Shown here piece after piece: positions 63,784-64,000 of a stretch of DNA of 64,000 nucleotides. Numbering within the stretch: the first letter of the stretch is position 1; each line of letters starts with the position of its first letter. The DNA is from a virus (Duplodnaviria; Caudoviricetes), in the IMG/VR virus record IMGVR_UViG_3300021166_000096, positions 218 to 64,217 of that record; one strand, written 5' to 3'. A program made the position numbers and the translations under genes. The notes beneath the pieces are model-generated. The model did no database searches, was not told the origin of the DNA, and worked only from the letters and a program-made list of their open reading frames with translations.

Positions 63784-64000
63784 TCATTTATGGTAGCGGG
63801 TATCGACCCATGGATCGCAAATGATCGGAAGGTCGGTACACCATTCTGGAGTCCGGATGAACTCGGCAGCAAACTCGTCGAGATCTCCCTGGTCCTCGTG
63901 GATACAACTGGTCAACTCATCATGCACTCGGAAGATGTGAGGGTAGCCGATATCGTGCAGCCGCATACACCCTTCCATCAGGATATCGCGGCTCAGTCCC
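63784..64000 (-). CDS. polA: C-terminal end of the family-A DNA polymerase
   Basis: GLSRDILMEGCMRL..IFRVHDEL (motif C)..PEWCTDLPI; frame is open from base 64000. Confidence 0.9.
   Translation of the reverse strand, partial: GLSRDILMEGCMRLHDIGYPHIFRVHDELTSCIHEDQGDLDEFAAEFIRTPEWCTDLPIICDPWVDTRYHK

Larger units (their letters stand above)
1..64000. mobile_element. Tailed dsDNA bacteriophage genome, nearly complete and apparently circularly permuted or circular; podovirus-like
   Basis: Terminase, portal, scaffold, capsid, tail, lysis and replication genes are present in two oppositely oriented arms. No host housekeeping genes. PolA is split across the two window edges. Confidence 0.97.

Noticed and set aside
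1-64000. Integrase, att site, partition or protelomerase genes
   Set aside because: No recombinase, ParA/B or TelN motifs in any ORF.

Overview
The window is an almost complete ~64 kb genome of a tailed dsDNA phage, podovirus-like in gene content. It is cut inside its family-A DNA polymerase gene: the N-terminal ~565 codons run off the left edge and the C-terminal ~71 codons re-enter at the right edge. There are two arms. The minus-strand early/replication arm (58457-64000 plus 1-17340) carries PolA, a DUF2815 SSB, a DUF2800 nuclease, a primase-helicase with a nearby origin, SNF2 helicase, VRR-NUC, AntA, and Mom-like, MazG-like and ThyX-like genes among many small ORFs. The plus-strand late arm (17455-58474) carries TerS, TerL, a P22-like portal, scaffold, an N4-gp56/DUF4043-type capsid, tail genes, a 3935-aa polyvalent protein, a second fibre/lectin module and a holin plus lipoprotein. 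I found no integrase, tRNA, CRISPR array or reverse transcriptase. The most notable signals are: (1) a complete type III hammerhead ribozyme (17118-17170, minus) in the leader of the first early transcript, preceded by a ~164-nt multi-conformation RNA that cleavage would release; (2) the giant protein, built from enzyme cassettes (zincin-like, Cys-containing barrel, GNAT, MTase, two ART-like domains, LPD38) mostly joined at an x-x-R-S linker; (3) lectin cassettes with AT-rich variable cores between conserved flanks; (4) a set of DNA/nucleotide-chemistry genes. All family assignments come from motif recognition by eye; no searches or folding programs were run.
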